This document shows positions 53,093 through 64,000 of a stretch of DNA of 64,000 bases, one piece after another (the first letter of the stretch is position 1; each line of letters starts with the position of its first letter). Both the position numbers and the translations under genes were made by a program. The DNA is from Octopus vulgaris (lineage: Eukaryota): contig OX597835.1 of assembly GCA_951406725.2 (NCBI GenBank), positions 25,048,001 to 25,112,000 of the forward strand, written 5' to 3'. The notes beneath the pieces are model-generated. The model had not been told where the DNA came from and ran no database searches. It saw nothing but the letters and a program-made list of their open reading frames with translations.

Positions 53093-53811
53093 GTAGTTTA
53101 GGTGGTTGTCTTTTCCTTTAAAAGTCTCCTGTTGTAGACATCTGCTACTGAATGCTAGGGTCATGTGTAACACTATACAATCAGTTCATATAAAGGAACA
53201 CCTCATTAGCTTAGACAAGGCGTTTTGCTAATATGGGTGGAGGACAGGTGTTCACTGTTGATTTTGGTACACAGGTGTTGTGTGTCTGTTAAAGAAGAAA
53301 CTTGTTCTTTAGCCACAGGTCAGCACTTTCATAAGCAGACGGATTATCGAAGGTGTTCCAACCATGACCTCCCAAACTTGAGAGTGTAGAGTATGGTTTA
53401 AGGCAGATTTGATTAGTGTTCTTAGTAGGTCAAGCAACCACATAGAGGCTTCGTCATTGGCTTATAGTGTAATATCCATATGAGGTATGTGGCTTTTAGG
53501 GGTGGAGGGAAATAGAGTGTGTGTTGGGGTCTGGAGAGCAATGGAATATATTTTTGATGAAGGTTTGATAATAGCTGAAATATTTTGAACTACTAAAATC
53601 ATTCTAGTTTGATGGTATAAAGATGACGACAGTGGAAGATAGATAGAGAGAGAGAGAATACAAGGCAGTTGACCTTCTAATTTGTTCTCCCTTCTAAAGA
53701 CCTTGTCTGATCCTTTTTACCTGGGAATGATTGCAAGATCTCATGGGTATTGTCCCACTTTTTGTTTCTTCTACACACTTCCTTCATAAAGAAACATGGT
53801 TGTTGTCCAAC

Positions 53812-54210
53812 TGGGCTGTGTGGGAAGAAGCTTGCTTCTCAACCACATGGTTCTGGGTTCAGTCCCATTGTGTGGCATTATGTTTCTTCTACTTTAGCCT
53901 CGGACCAACCAAAGCCTTGTGAGTGGATTTGGTTGACAGAAACTAAAAGAAGCCCATCATATAGATCTTTGTGTGTGTATGTGTCCTTGAGTCTTTGTTT
54001 GTCATCGTCTCCCTCCCCCTCCCCCAGTTGACAACAGGTGTTGGTGTGTTTACATCCCCATAACTTAACAGTTTGGCAAAAAGACCCTTATAGAATAAGC
54101 ACCAGGCTTGACAAAATATAAGTATTGAGATCATTTCAACTAAAAGTTCTTCAAGGCGGTGCCCCAGCTTGGCCACTGTCTAATGACTGAAACAAAGAAA
54201 AGATAAAAAG
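53812..54210 (+). mobile_element. SINE family A
   Basis: ggctgtgtgggaagaagcttgc to aatgactgaaacaaag. Confidence 0.85.
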
Positions 54211-54503
54211 ATGAAAGATCCAGTTAATTAAAACACTGAATGTGTACATTAACAAAGACTTAATTGAGTGGTTCACAGGTTTGCCCTACTAGACACATGT
54301 TCCAACCCACTGATGGCATTTTAGCCAGACCTGATACTTTATAGCATAATAGGTGTCCCTCAATACACCTATTTGTTTCTGAATGAAGGAGTTGTTGCAA
54401 AATTTTGTCCTCTTTGTTAGATTTCTGATAAAAATTTGATGCTGTACTACTAATGTCATGACCAACCAACAAAACTTGTGTTGCTCCCACAACAACAACA
54501 ACA

Positions 54504-54550
<47 letters not shown>

Positions 54551-54667
54551 ATTAATGGTAGAGAACTTGTGTGTTTGCAAGAAAACTTAACCCATCTGTC
54601 TATCACATCTTAACACTGATGGATATCTCATAAGCATCCCAACCAACTTAAAGGTGTATAAGTAGGT

Positions 54668-54701
<34 letters not shown>

Positions 54702-54884
54702 AGCGTAGTGACCCCCTTTCCTCGACTGATTCACCCCAGATGTTCGCATTCTACTTCCTGTTTACCCAGAGACATATCTAGCTTTTTCACTCAAATATCT
54801 CATTGGCACATTATGCATGTCCTGCTTGCTTCTTTTACACACTTCCTTCATAAACATTTCACCTCCACCCCTTCCCTACTTAAG

Positions 54885-54931
<47 letters not shown>

Positions 54932-55627
54932 CCCAGCAAGCATTTGCTGTAAATATCTGACTAGCCAATAACACTATGTCCTGTTTCCTTCCAGCTCATA
55001 ATGTTGGTTCCAGCACTTCCTGAATAAACATGCCTGTCTATTCATCTGTCTATCTATCAGTTTGTCTGTCTCTCCATCTATGTATCTCTGTCTATTTGTC
55101 TGATTGTCTGTCTATCATCTATCTATCTATTTATCTGGTTATCTCTCTATCTATTTGCCCGGCTGTTGGTCTCTCTTCCTACTTGTCTATCAGTGAGTAA
55201 AACGTCCTGTCCACTAAACACACACATGATAAGATCTCCTGGTCTATTAAGGTTGTGAAACTCCATTTGTCCAACTGAAATTACCCACACAATTGTAGAC
55301 AAAAACTCCTTCTTTGGCAGTATTCAAAATTGAAAAAGAAATAGTAAAACAAGGAAGCTAAACTCCAATAAACTCACTTGATAAAAATTTTGAGGCAATA
55401 TAGTAGATATTATATGATTCTGTGTTACCAAAAACAGCAATGCATTATCTCTGTGGTCTCGAAACTTCATTGTCTGTGTTGTCTCAAAACCTACCTACCG
55501 GCATTTCATCCATTTTTACATTTCAGTATAAATAACTCCAGTTTCTAGGTTTATGTAACCATAAGTGCAGATACACATTATTGTTATTATTATCATTTTG
55601 TTTTGCTTTTTATTTATTTTTATCAAG

Positions 55628-55785
55628 GTCCACCACGATGGTCATCTAAAAAGGCCCCAATCAGACTTGTGGCACGTCCACCAAGTTCTTGGGTCCAGTT
55701 GAAATGTCCGGCTATTGGGAACCCTAAGCCCAACATAACGTGGTATAAGTCTGGTAAACTTTTCAAAGAGGGCCAAATGAAACAG
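55628..55785 (+). CDS. FGFR: FGF receptor exon, first half of Ig domain 2 (GPPRWSSKKAPIRLVARPPSSWVQLKCPAIGNPKPNITWYKSGKLFKEGQMKQ)
   Basis: Long T-rich tract plus ag acceptor, donor CAG|gtaaga. CPAxGNPxPxIxWxKxGK is the FGFR D2 pattern. Phase 1 to 0. Confidence 0.92.
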
Positions 55786-56348
55786 GTAAGATGGAAAGAT
55801 TTTTAAAAACTTTATTTTTTACCCCAAACTCAAGTGCCCTCCACCCCCACTTCCCTTGCACCCATCTAGCAATTATTTAGACATGTAGCCTAAACCCCAA
55901 CCTTAATCCATCCCTTAATCCTAATCCTAAAACCTTGACCTAACTTTAAACCCTAAACCTAATTCAGATCATTTCACAGTGTAGGCTATGGATACTGTGG
56001 CAGATCACATGCCAAAATAGCACCAACATTCTGTGGTATTTTCAGCAGTGGTATCCTCTGGTATCCAGGCACAGCACACTTGAATGGTTTAGAAGTTCAC
56101 ATTGTGGTTTGAGGGAAATTTACTTAGCTGCTGTTTCCAGCAGGCTGGGGAAACATGTACAGGTTATGAAATGGATTTTTTTTTTTTTTTTTGGATAGCT
56201 GGTCACTCATCTTGTTACTAAACCATTGATCAAAGGAGGAGATAAAAGTGAGACCTGTTGGCCTAATTGTCAGCCAGTTAGACTGATAAAAAAAATCTTT
56301 TGCATTTTAGTTATTCAGCTATTAATGTATTTATATTTATTTGTTCAG

Positions 56349-56466
56349 GCAAGAAAATGGACGCTAACGATCAAGGATGTTGTTCCAGAAGATGCTGGGA
56401 ATTACACATGCATTGTGAGCAATGAAGAGGGATCAATCCGCTGGACCTATGAACTCAAGATTGTTC
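56349..56466 (+). CDS. FGFR: FGF receptor exon, second half of Ig domain 2 (ARKWTLTIKDVVPEDAGNYTCIVSNEEGSIRWTYELKIV)
   Basis: Acceptor ttgttcag| and donor |gttagt. Matches the FGFR D2 pattern W...VVPxDxGNYTCxVxNExGSIxxTYxL. Phase 0 to 1. Confidence 0.93.
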
Positions 56467-56975
56467 GTTAGTATTCTGGTATATGTTCTTAATCTGGTGT
56501 GGTTGTATTGTGTGTGTGTTTGTGATATTGTGAGCTAGAGATTACTGAGAGTGGGGTTAAGGAGAGAGAGAAATACAAGGCGAGAAAGAAATAAGGTCAA
56601 CCAACACGTTGAAATGTAACTCTCTTTTGGAAAAGTCTTCCCTGGTGAAATACCCAATTAACCAGTTTCTATATGAAAATTTAAATTAAATAAATTTAAT
56701 TGAAATAATTGGATATCGAAACGGCTGTAGGACTGGAATTTCAATAAATGGATTTAAATATCTATAAATAAATAAACTGATATCTGCATGTGAATTCCTC
56801 TATTTTCTCCTTTTTCTTATTCATATATAGATATTTACATACAGAGAGAGAGACACACACACAGACTATGATTTGATAAATGCATGCACTTTTGCTGAGT
56901 TGATCACTGATTAAAAAAAAAATTAAATTAAATTTAAAAATTATTAAAAAAAGAAAAAAATTGTTTATGTTGTAG

Positions 56976-57163
56976 AGCGGGTGCCACATGCTCCCTTCAT
57001 TGATGGACCAAAGAACCAAACGGTAACGTACGGGGAGACAGCCAAGTTTATGTGTAAAGTGATGATAAGTGATCTTCATCCGCACCTGCAGTGGCTCAGG
57101 CATTACGAAGTGAACGGCACCTACCAAACAGAAAATGGGGAGCCGTTTGTCCGGGTCATCAAG
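56976..57163 (+). CDS. FGFR: FGF receptor exon, D2-D3 linker plus IIIa half of Ig domain 3 (QRVPHAPFIDGPKNQTVTYGETAKFMCKVMISDLHPHLQWLRHYEVNGTYQTENGEPFVRVIK)
   Basis: Acceptor ttgtag| and donor AAG|gtacgc. Closely parallels vertebrate ERSPHRPIL...CKVYSDxQPHIQWLKHxEVNG...PYVxVLK, which favours a canonical FGFR over FGFRL1. Confidence 0.93.
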
Positions 57164-57404
57164 GTACGCTTTCATTACTAACATTTACATGTGAGTGTGT
57201 GTATCGACACCTGACACATGGTACAGGTAGTACCTGTTCAGACAATGTCGTCTTGAGAAAGTGAGCTAATGTGCAATACAAACATTTGATCATTATAAAC
57301 AAATCATTTGTGCAGGTCATTCAGCAGAAGCTGAACACTCATTTGTTATCTTCGATGGAAGAGTCCATCATATATATATATATAGATATATATATACATA
57401 TATA

Positions 57405-57592
57405 TAGGGAGAGTTTACGGAAAAAAACAAAAGACAAAGACAGGTGGTGTACAAAACAAACAGATGTATTAGTATAACGCTCAGGAATAGAAAAAGTCCT
57501 TTACATTTTGAGCCTACACTCTTCTACAGAAAGGGACACAGAAAAAAGACAAGGAGAGAAAAAAAAATGTGTGGCTATCGATCTATGATGGC

Positions 57593-57650
<58 letters not shown>

Positions 57651-57790
57651 GAAATTTACAGTTAAACAAAAGACGAAGACAGGTGTATGAACAACAAGCA
57701 AGTGTATTAGTTTGACGCTCGGGAAAAATGAAGTCTTTCGTGTTTCAAGCCTATGCTCTTTGTCAGAAAGGAATAAGAGGAAATAAACAG
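57405..57790 (-). mobile_element. Two diverged direct copies of a short element within (TA)n, each with a decayed hammerhead-like motif
   Basis: Shared aaacaaaagac(a/g)aagacaggtg...tgtattagt...acgctc...agccta...ctctt...cagaaagg blocks at about 57405-57575 and 57645-57790. Confidence 0.6.
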
Positions 57791-57925
57791 AATGCACACA
57801 CGCATACAGTGTCATATGGTGGAATACTCGACTGCTTCCACTGTCAGAATTCAATGAATAGTGTGTAGTTCCTTTCATTAAATGACAGGAACATCATTGA
57901 AATCCATATAAAATTCGTGTGTGTG

Positions 57926-58290
57926 TAGGTACAGGTTTGGCTGTGTGGCAAGTAGCTTGCTTCCCAACCACACAGTTCTGGGTTCAGTCCCACTGCATGG
58001 CACCTTGGACAAGTGTCTTTTACTGTAGCCTCAAGCCAACTAAAGCCTTCTAAGTGGATTTGGTAGATGGAAACTGAAAGAAGCCCATTATGCAAATATC
58101 TGTGTGTCTGTGGTTGTCCCCCACCACTGTTTGACAGTTGGTGTTTATGTCCCTGTCACTTAGCAGTTTGTTGAAATGACAATAGAGTAAGTACCAGGCT
58201 TAAAAAATAAGTTCTGGGGTTTGTTTATTCAACTAAAATCTTGTCAATGCAGTGCCCCAGCATGGCCACAGTCTTAACGAGTAAAAGATA
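57926..58290 (+). mobile_element. SINE family A
   Basis: tggctgtgtggcaagtagcttgc to gccccagcatggccacagtc. Confidence 0.85.
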
Positions 58291-58311
58291 GAAGATAGAC
58301 ACACACACACA

Positions 58312-58512
58312 TTCATCATCATTTAACGTCCGTTTTCCATGCTGGCATGGGTCAGACAGTTTGACTGAGGTCTGGAGAGCCCACAGCTGCACCAGGCCCC
58401 AATCTGATCTGGCAAGGATTCTACAGCTGGATGCTAACACCAACCACTCTGAGAGTAGGTGCTCTTTACGTGCCACTGGCACAGGAGCCAGCCAGGCGGG
58501 CCTGGCATCAAT
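58312..58512 (-). mobile_element. Retroposon family C
   Basis: catcatcatttaacgtccgttttccatgc...ctacagctggatgc. Confidence 0.78.
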
Positions 58513-59041
58513 CATATATATATATATATATATTTGTGTATGTGTGTACCCATGTGCACATACACCTATCTGCTAAATTCCAGATTTGGTTGGGTGGGGG
58601 CAGGACTTTTCCCTCAGCTTTCTTTTGAAAACCTACTTTTCTTTCTCCATCTCCATATTTCTGGTAAGTTCTTTCTTTTACTAGGCCTCGTGCTGACCAT
58701 TTTTAACGACTGAAGCAAAATGAAAGTAAAAATATATCAAATGTTTCTTCTGTGTATTTTCCCTCTTTTTTTTTTTTTTTCCTTTTTTTCTTCATAAATC
58801 TTTTAGGGTTCCAAGGTTCCATTTCTGGGTTGGATGTTTTGGATATTACAGTACCCAGAGGGCACTTCATCTAATTCTGTCTTTTTTATTTGTTTTTTCT
58901 TTCTTTCTATTTCTCCTGTCTATTTGACTTTATATATAACAGATCTATTTCATATCTTTCTCTTTTTCTCTTCACACATCAGTACATTTTAATACATATA
59001 TATAACATATATCACTAAATGTTATATATATATATATATAT

Positions 59042-59080
<39 letters not shown>

Positions 59081-59114
59081 ACAAACCTATAAATATCACA
59101 AAATCTAATATATA

Positions 59115-59362
59115 TATTCTAAAGAAGGAGAAAAAATAGAAAGCTTTTGACAATGCAGAAAGTTTCACAAAACCATTATGTTTTGGGCACAAAGGCCCAT
59201 CTTCAAATTTGAATGGATTAACGGAACCTGTTTATCTGGGCATTTCCCAGAATCATTTTGTTCTGAAGATGGGCCTTTGCACCTGAAATATAAAGATTTT
59301 GTGAAACTTTACGCAGTCAGAAGCTTTTAATTTTCTCTCTTTTTGTTCCTTCTTCAATATTA
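59115..59362. repeat. Diverged foldback inverted repeat
   Basis: aaagtttcacaaaa...caaaggcccatcttca is mirrored by tgaagatgggcctttg...ttttgtgaaacttt. Confidence 0.8.
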
Positions 59363-59390
59363 TAATGCTTCAAGCTAACTACAACACTCT

Positions 59391-59444
<54 letters not shown>

Positions 59445-60073
59445 TTTTAATCTGTAGAAAAGTTACGAAAGTGACTTCAAGGCTCAAGGCCTGAGTGTTT
59501 CGTGTGTGTATATAACTGTATGTGTGCTAATATATTGAATCAAAGGAGATTGTGTTAAATCCTTTCTCTTGAGTGGGTATGATTGTATAATTTTTTTAAA
59601 TCTAGTTCCAAGCAACAGCAGCAACTTTTGTTGTTGATTACTGTATATATAATTATTATTTTTGGATCCAATATTTGATTTTGAGGTAATGGTTCTACAG
59701 TGCTAGGTGGCTTCTCCCTCCAATTGAATCTATCATTACACATAATAAATATAATTTCTTGCTTTTGGTACCAACTGACCCTGATTCTGTAGTTCATTAA
59801 GTGATCTAAATTTAAAATGTCCATCAAAATTCCATGCTAATTTATGCTCTGAGCTGCAGTTTGATAATGACAAAGTTATTTTAGTAAATTCTTTATTATT
59901 TTCTAAAACAATTGAAACAGAGTAGTCTGTTTCAACAGCAATATCCTAATAAAAGGGTGAGACCATTTGTCTGTAACACAAGCCCTGTTGTTGAAGGGTT
60001 TAACTTCAATCAGATGGTTGTGAGTTGAGGCCCTTTAGTTTTCATACCAGTTATATAATGAGTGGTACCAGAA

Positions 60074-60460
60074 TCATTGTCATCATCATTTAACATCCGT
60101 TTTCTATGCTGGCAGGGGTTGGATAGCTTGGTTGAAAACTGGTAAGATGGGGGGGGGGAGCTGCACCAGGTTCCAATCTGATTTGGCAAGGTTTCTATGG
60201 CTGGATGCCTTTCCTAATGCCAACCACTCCAAGAGTGTAGTGTGTGCTTTTTACATGCTACCAACATTGGCCAAGATGACGATCTCACTTCATTTGACAG
60301 TTCTTTTCAAGTACAGCATATAACCAAAGGTCTCAGTCACTTGTCACTGCCTCTGTGAGGCCCAACATTCAAAGGATGCTTTTTATGTGCCACCAACACA
60401 GGTGCCAGTTACACGACACTGGCATTGACCATGTCTATGATTTCACTTGGCTTGATGGGT
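60074..60460 (-). mobile_element. Retroposon family C, longer copy
   Basis: Same 3' block extended by ccaaaggtctcagtcacttgtcactgcc. Confidence 0.72.
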
Positions 60461-60846
60461 CTTAATTAAATCCACTTAATAAATTTGTTCCTCGTATCCA
60501 CAATAAATTATTACCATATACAATCACAGTTGAAAAAAAATTTTGTTCTGTTATCTAGATCTAAAAGGTTTTTGTTTTTTTTTTGTTTTAAATATCTTAA
60601 TTAAGTATTCTAATTGATTTAGTAATCTCTGATTAGATAGGCTAGAATGGAATTTGTAATTGAAAGATCAATTATAAATGAATTTGATACCATTTCTTAA
60701 TTGGACTTTAGCGTATACACTCTACTACCCCAACCAACAGAATGAACCAGGATCATTAGTCTGTCTCTATAAGGACTGAACATCTACTATTGTGAGGAAC
60801 TCGCTCTAGTGGGCCTTTCCTCCTGATCTCCCTACCCCCCACTTCA

Positions 60847-60912
<66 letters not shown>

Positions 60913-61090
60913 AGTACCATTATCTCAAAATCTTGGATTATTAGATTAGAAAGATTTAAGACTAACTCCAACATACTCCTATATAGTGTTTCACTTTGCA
61001 TAACAACACTCACTATTTTAATTAAATTTAATCAGATTCTATTTCTTTTTCTTTCTTCTATTTTGTTTTGGCTCATTATTATTATTATTA

Positions 61091-61143
<53 letters not shown>

Positions 61144-62305
61144 TAAAATATTGCTTCTTAAAAGTGCATGACACAGTTTTAATATTTCTGTTATAATTTT
61201 CATTTTGTAAATAGTTTATATATATCGTGTGTATATATATATATATTTATATACATACATACGTAAATATATGTATTATATGTGTATATTTGTATATTTA
61301 ATTCCTCTTTTTAAATGATGAAAGAATTATCTTAGCAAGGAAGCATCAGAAAAGCAGGGTAAAAAAAAATCTCAATGGCACAACATGGTGCCACGTTTCT
61401 TACATGTTTAATGGTATTAGACGCACTAATTAAGTATTGGGGTCCTCTGTAGTTTCAGTTAGTCATGCTTGGGAATCCAGCCTGAAAATTGAATGACAGT
61501 TGTTTCTGCTAGGACCCTATGGACAGCACTGGTTTAAAGCCAGTTCTGCCTGGGCAGAGGATGCTTTGATGAATTAAACCTTTTTATTGTTTAACTCTTT
61601 CAAGCTTGTGGGTACAAATGAAGTACCACTTATGTGTATCAGTTTAAATGAGCAGTGGTACATAATTCATACTGAAACTTTAAAATTTTTTCATTGCATT
61701 GTCAGAAAACGTACCTCTTCATCTATCCACCAATCAGAAGTTACCCTTTCATCTGGCAACAATTTCTGTGACACAAATGGAATATTTTATTCAGTTGAAT
61801 CCATTTTGTGCCAAAGGTCAGTCAGCAAAAAAACAAGAGTATGAATTTTTGTTATAAATTTTTGCCCTTCTAGAGTTTTTTGTTTTGCCTATCTCGTGTC
61901 TGAAAGACTTCTACACGATTCTTTTTATCTTTTTGTGGGACAAGTGGATTTATTCCTATTTAACTGTGATATTTATTTTCTGTGAAATGAGTGCCTGGCA
62001 ACATCTGACTGGCTGGACATCATAATCAGCTCATCTCAGCTCAGTTATCTTAAGATGCAGAAGACCTATTTACAGACAGTATGTCAGCAATTATCTTGAC
62101 TTGTGGTAAAACATTAAAACTTTCATATGAGCTTTCAAATTTTAGCATGTCATTGTGGTCAATGCTAGAGCCCCAAGCCGTCAGTGCTTTTTGGTTGTGA
62201 CTGGCATACTACACAAAGAATAAAGCATCGATCTTCAGCTTTTGTAGAGTAAAGGGCCCCACTGGCAAGCCTTTAATTGGTTCCCGGCACATCTTAGCAC
62301 TGGCC

Positions 62306-62582
62306 CTACCGTTGGAAGCGGTACCTGAAGACTCTACCACCACAATCTTTCTTGGAATAGTGGGCAGAGGTGGATGGATGAAAGTTTTTTTGTTTTGTTC
62401 TATAGTTTGTTAATCCTAATTCTCTGAACTTCTGATGATACATATCCCAGCTGTGATCATCCAGTCTTGTTACATGGTTCGGACTTTGTTGTACAAAGTG
62501 TCCTTCCTTTTTTAGGTTGATCACACTACTTTCGTTTCTCTTTTGTGAGTGAAATGAGACTTTCTTTCTTTTGGCAATTTCA
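62306..62582 (-). CDS. Candidate terminal coding exon of an unidentified gene antisense to FGFR
   Basis: Minus-strand acceptor tttttcttttccacttccag|, then a 91-codon open frame (EIAKRKKVSFHSQKR...RVFRYRFQR*), followed by about 700 nt of repeat-free sequence with several AATAAA. No homology recognised. Confidence 0.35.
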
Positions 62583-63095
62583 CTGGAAGTGGAAAAGAAA
62601 AATTATATTCAAGTGGGATAGATTGGTGATTCATAAGTGAAGGAGGAATTAAATATTTCAATAGGACTATATACATATACATTATATATATATAGATATA
62701 TAATATACATATATGTGTGTATATAGGTATATAATATACATTATATATATATATATATATATAATATGTATGTATGCATGCATACGCTTATACATGTATG
62801 CATATGCTTTTACATGTATGCATATGCTTTTACATGTATGCATATGCTTTTACATGTATATCATACATATATAAGTACACAAACACTATCTTTAGTCTTT
62901 TTAAGCTATTTATTTTGAGTTTTTATGAGTTCAAAACATTTCATTTTTGTTCTTTTTTGTTGTAATTTTTACAGAACCGTAAGGTATAGTATTTTATTTT
63001 AATTCAAATTTTTTTTTTTTTCCTGGACTGTTTCTATTTAATTTTTAAAAAAATCAACATTTGGAAACAAAAAAAAAAGCCAAAACAACACAGAG

Positions 63096-63127
<32 letters not shown>

Positions 63128-63488
63128 ATTTCCAGTGCATTTAATGTTAGTGTGTTTTTTTTTTTCATTTTTGCATTGTGTTTTAATGCCCTTTCTCACT
63201 GGTGCCAATATGATTGCTAGGGGACCCACCAGAACTACTCAGACCACCCCCACTGACACACATACACACACCTTTTTTTGTAGTTTTTCTTCTGATTGTC
63301 TTTGTTGTCGTTGTTGTTGTTTCACCACATGTTCTGTTCCCCATTGCCATGACCATCACCACAAAACTCATCTCCCACCTTCATCATCATCATCATCCTT
63401 ATTATCACTAACATTGCTTGCTCAGGGTGGAGTTTTTCATTTCTCTTCTCTTTACCTTGCGCTTCAGCAAACTAGATCTGACAGCAGT

Positions 63489-63490
<2 letters not shown>

Positions 63491-63572
<82 letters not shown>

Positions 63573-63659
63573 ATATATATACATGTATATATATATATAC
63601 ATATATATATATATGTATGTATATATATACATACATATATATATATATATGTATGTATG

Positions 63660-63714
<55 letters not shown>

Positions 63715-63745
63715 ATATATACATACATATATATATATATGTATG

Positions 63746-63800
<55 letters not shown>
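63491..63800. repeat. Long interrupted (TA)n microsatellite with recurring gtat/acat interruptions
   Basis: Directly visible. Confidence 0.97.
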
Positions 63801-63805
<5 letters not shown>

Positions 63806-64000
63806 CTTAAAACTTAACATTTTTATGAATTTCTTACATAAAACTATTCTGATTAACCCTCTCATGAAAACAAAACATTCAGCGCGCGCACACACGTACA
63901 TTCCACTCGCACATAGACATATACATGTCTATGCTTATGTATTTTTACATGTATACACACTTTAGCGCCTTAATTAAGTCTGGATTAATCAAAATGTTTC

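Noticed and set aside
46406-57163. Assignment as FGFRL1 or a generic Ig cell-adhesion molecule
   Set aside because: The RxPHxP linker and PHLQWLRHYEVNG...PFVxVIK fit canonical FGFR D3 better, though the kinase exons are outside the window, so a kinase-less receptor is not formally excluded.
58618-58930. Possible FGFR exons after IIIa (acceptors at 58617 and 58806)
   Set aside because: The translations lack the DxGxYxC half of Ig3 and are low-complexity or hit stops.
59555-61013. Minus-strand ORFs 59555-59827 and 60756-61013 as further exons of an antisense gene
   Set aside because: No recognisable motifs or clear splice sites; one abuts a MITE remnant and the other spans an (AG)n tract.

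Overview
AT-rich eukaryotic genomic DNA, dense in microsatellites and SINEs. The repeat families look like those of coleoid cephalopods, most likely Octopus (inference, not database-confirmed). Nearly all ORF-track entries are microsatellite or SINE read-through artefacts. The real coding content is six + strand exons (46406-46550, 47830-47954, 49429-49485, 55628-55785, 56349-56466, 56976-57163) that splice in frame with GT-AG boundaries into the extracellular region of a fibroblast growth factor receptor: Ig1, a short linker, Ig2 and the first (IIIa) half of Ig3. The 57-nt linker exon is missing from the ORF track. I did not find the signal-peptide exon or the downstream Ig3/TM/kinase exons, so most of the window is probably intron. 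The rest holds several tRNA-derived SINE families, DNA-transposon MITEs (piggyBac-, hAT- and pogo-type), R4/Dong-type LINE remnants and tandem repeats. The most unusual observations are: a set of minimal hammerhead-ribozyme-like motifs of the Penelope-element type (one with an intact catalytic core at 44.9 kb, others in foldback or tandem pairs); a candidate nested antisense terminal exon at 62.3-62.6 kb; a candidate 9-nt in-frame microexon; and inverted SINEs bracketing a frame-preserving Ig1+linker exon cassette. Repeat boundaries are approximate unless TIR/TSD positions are given.
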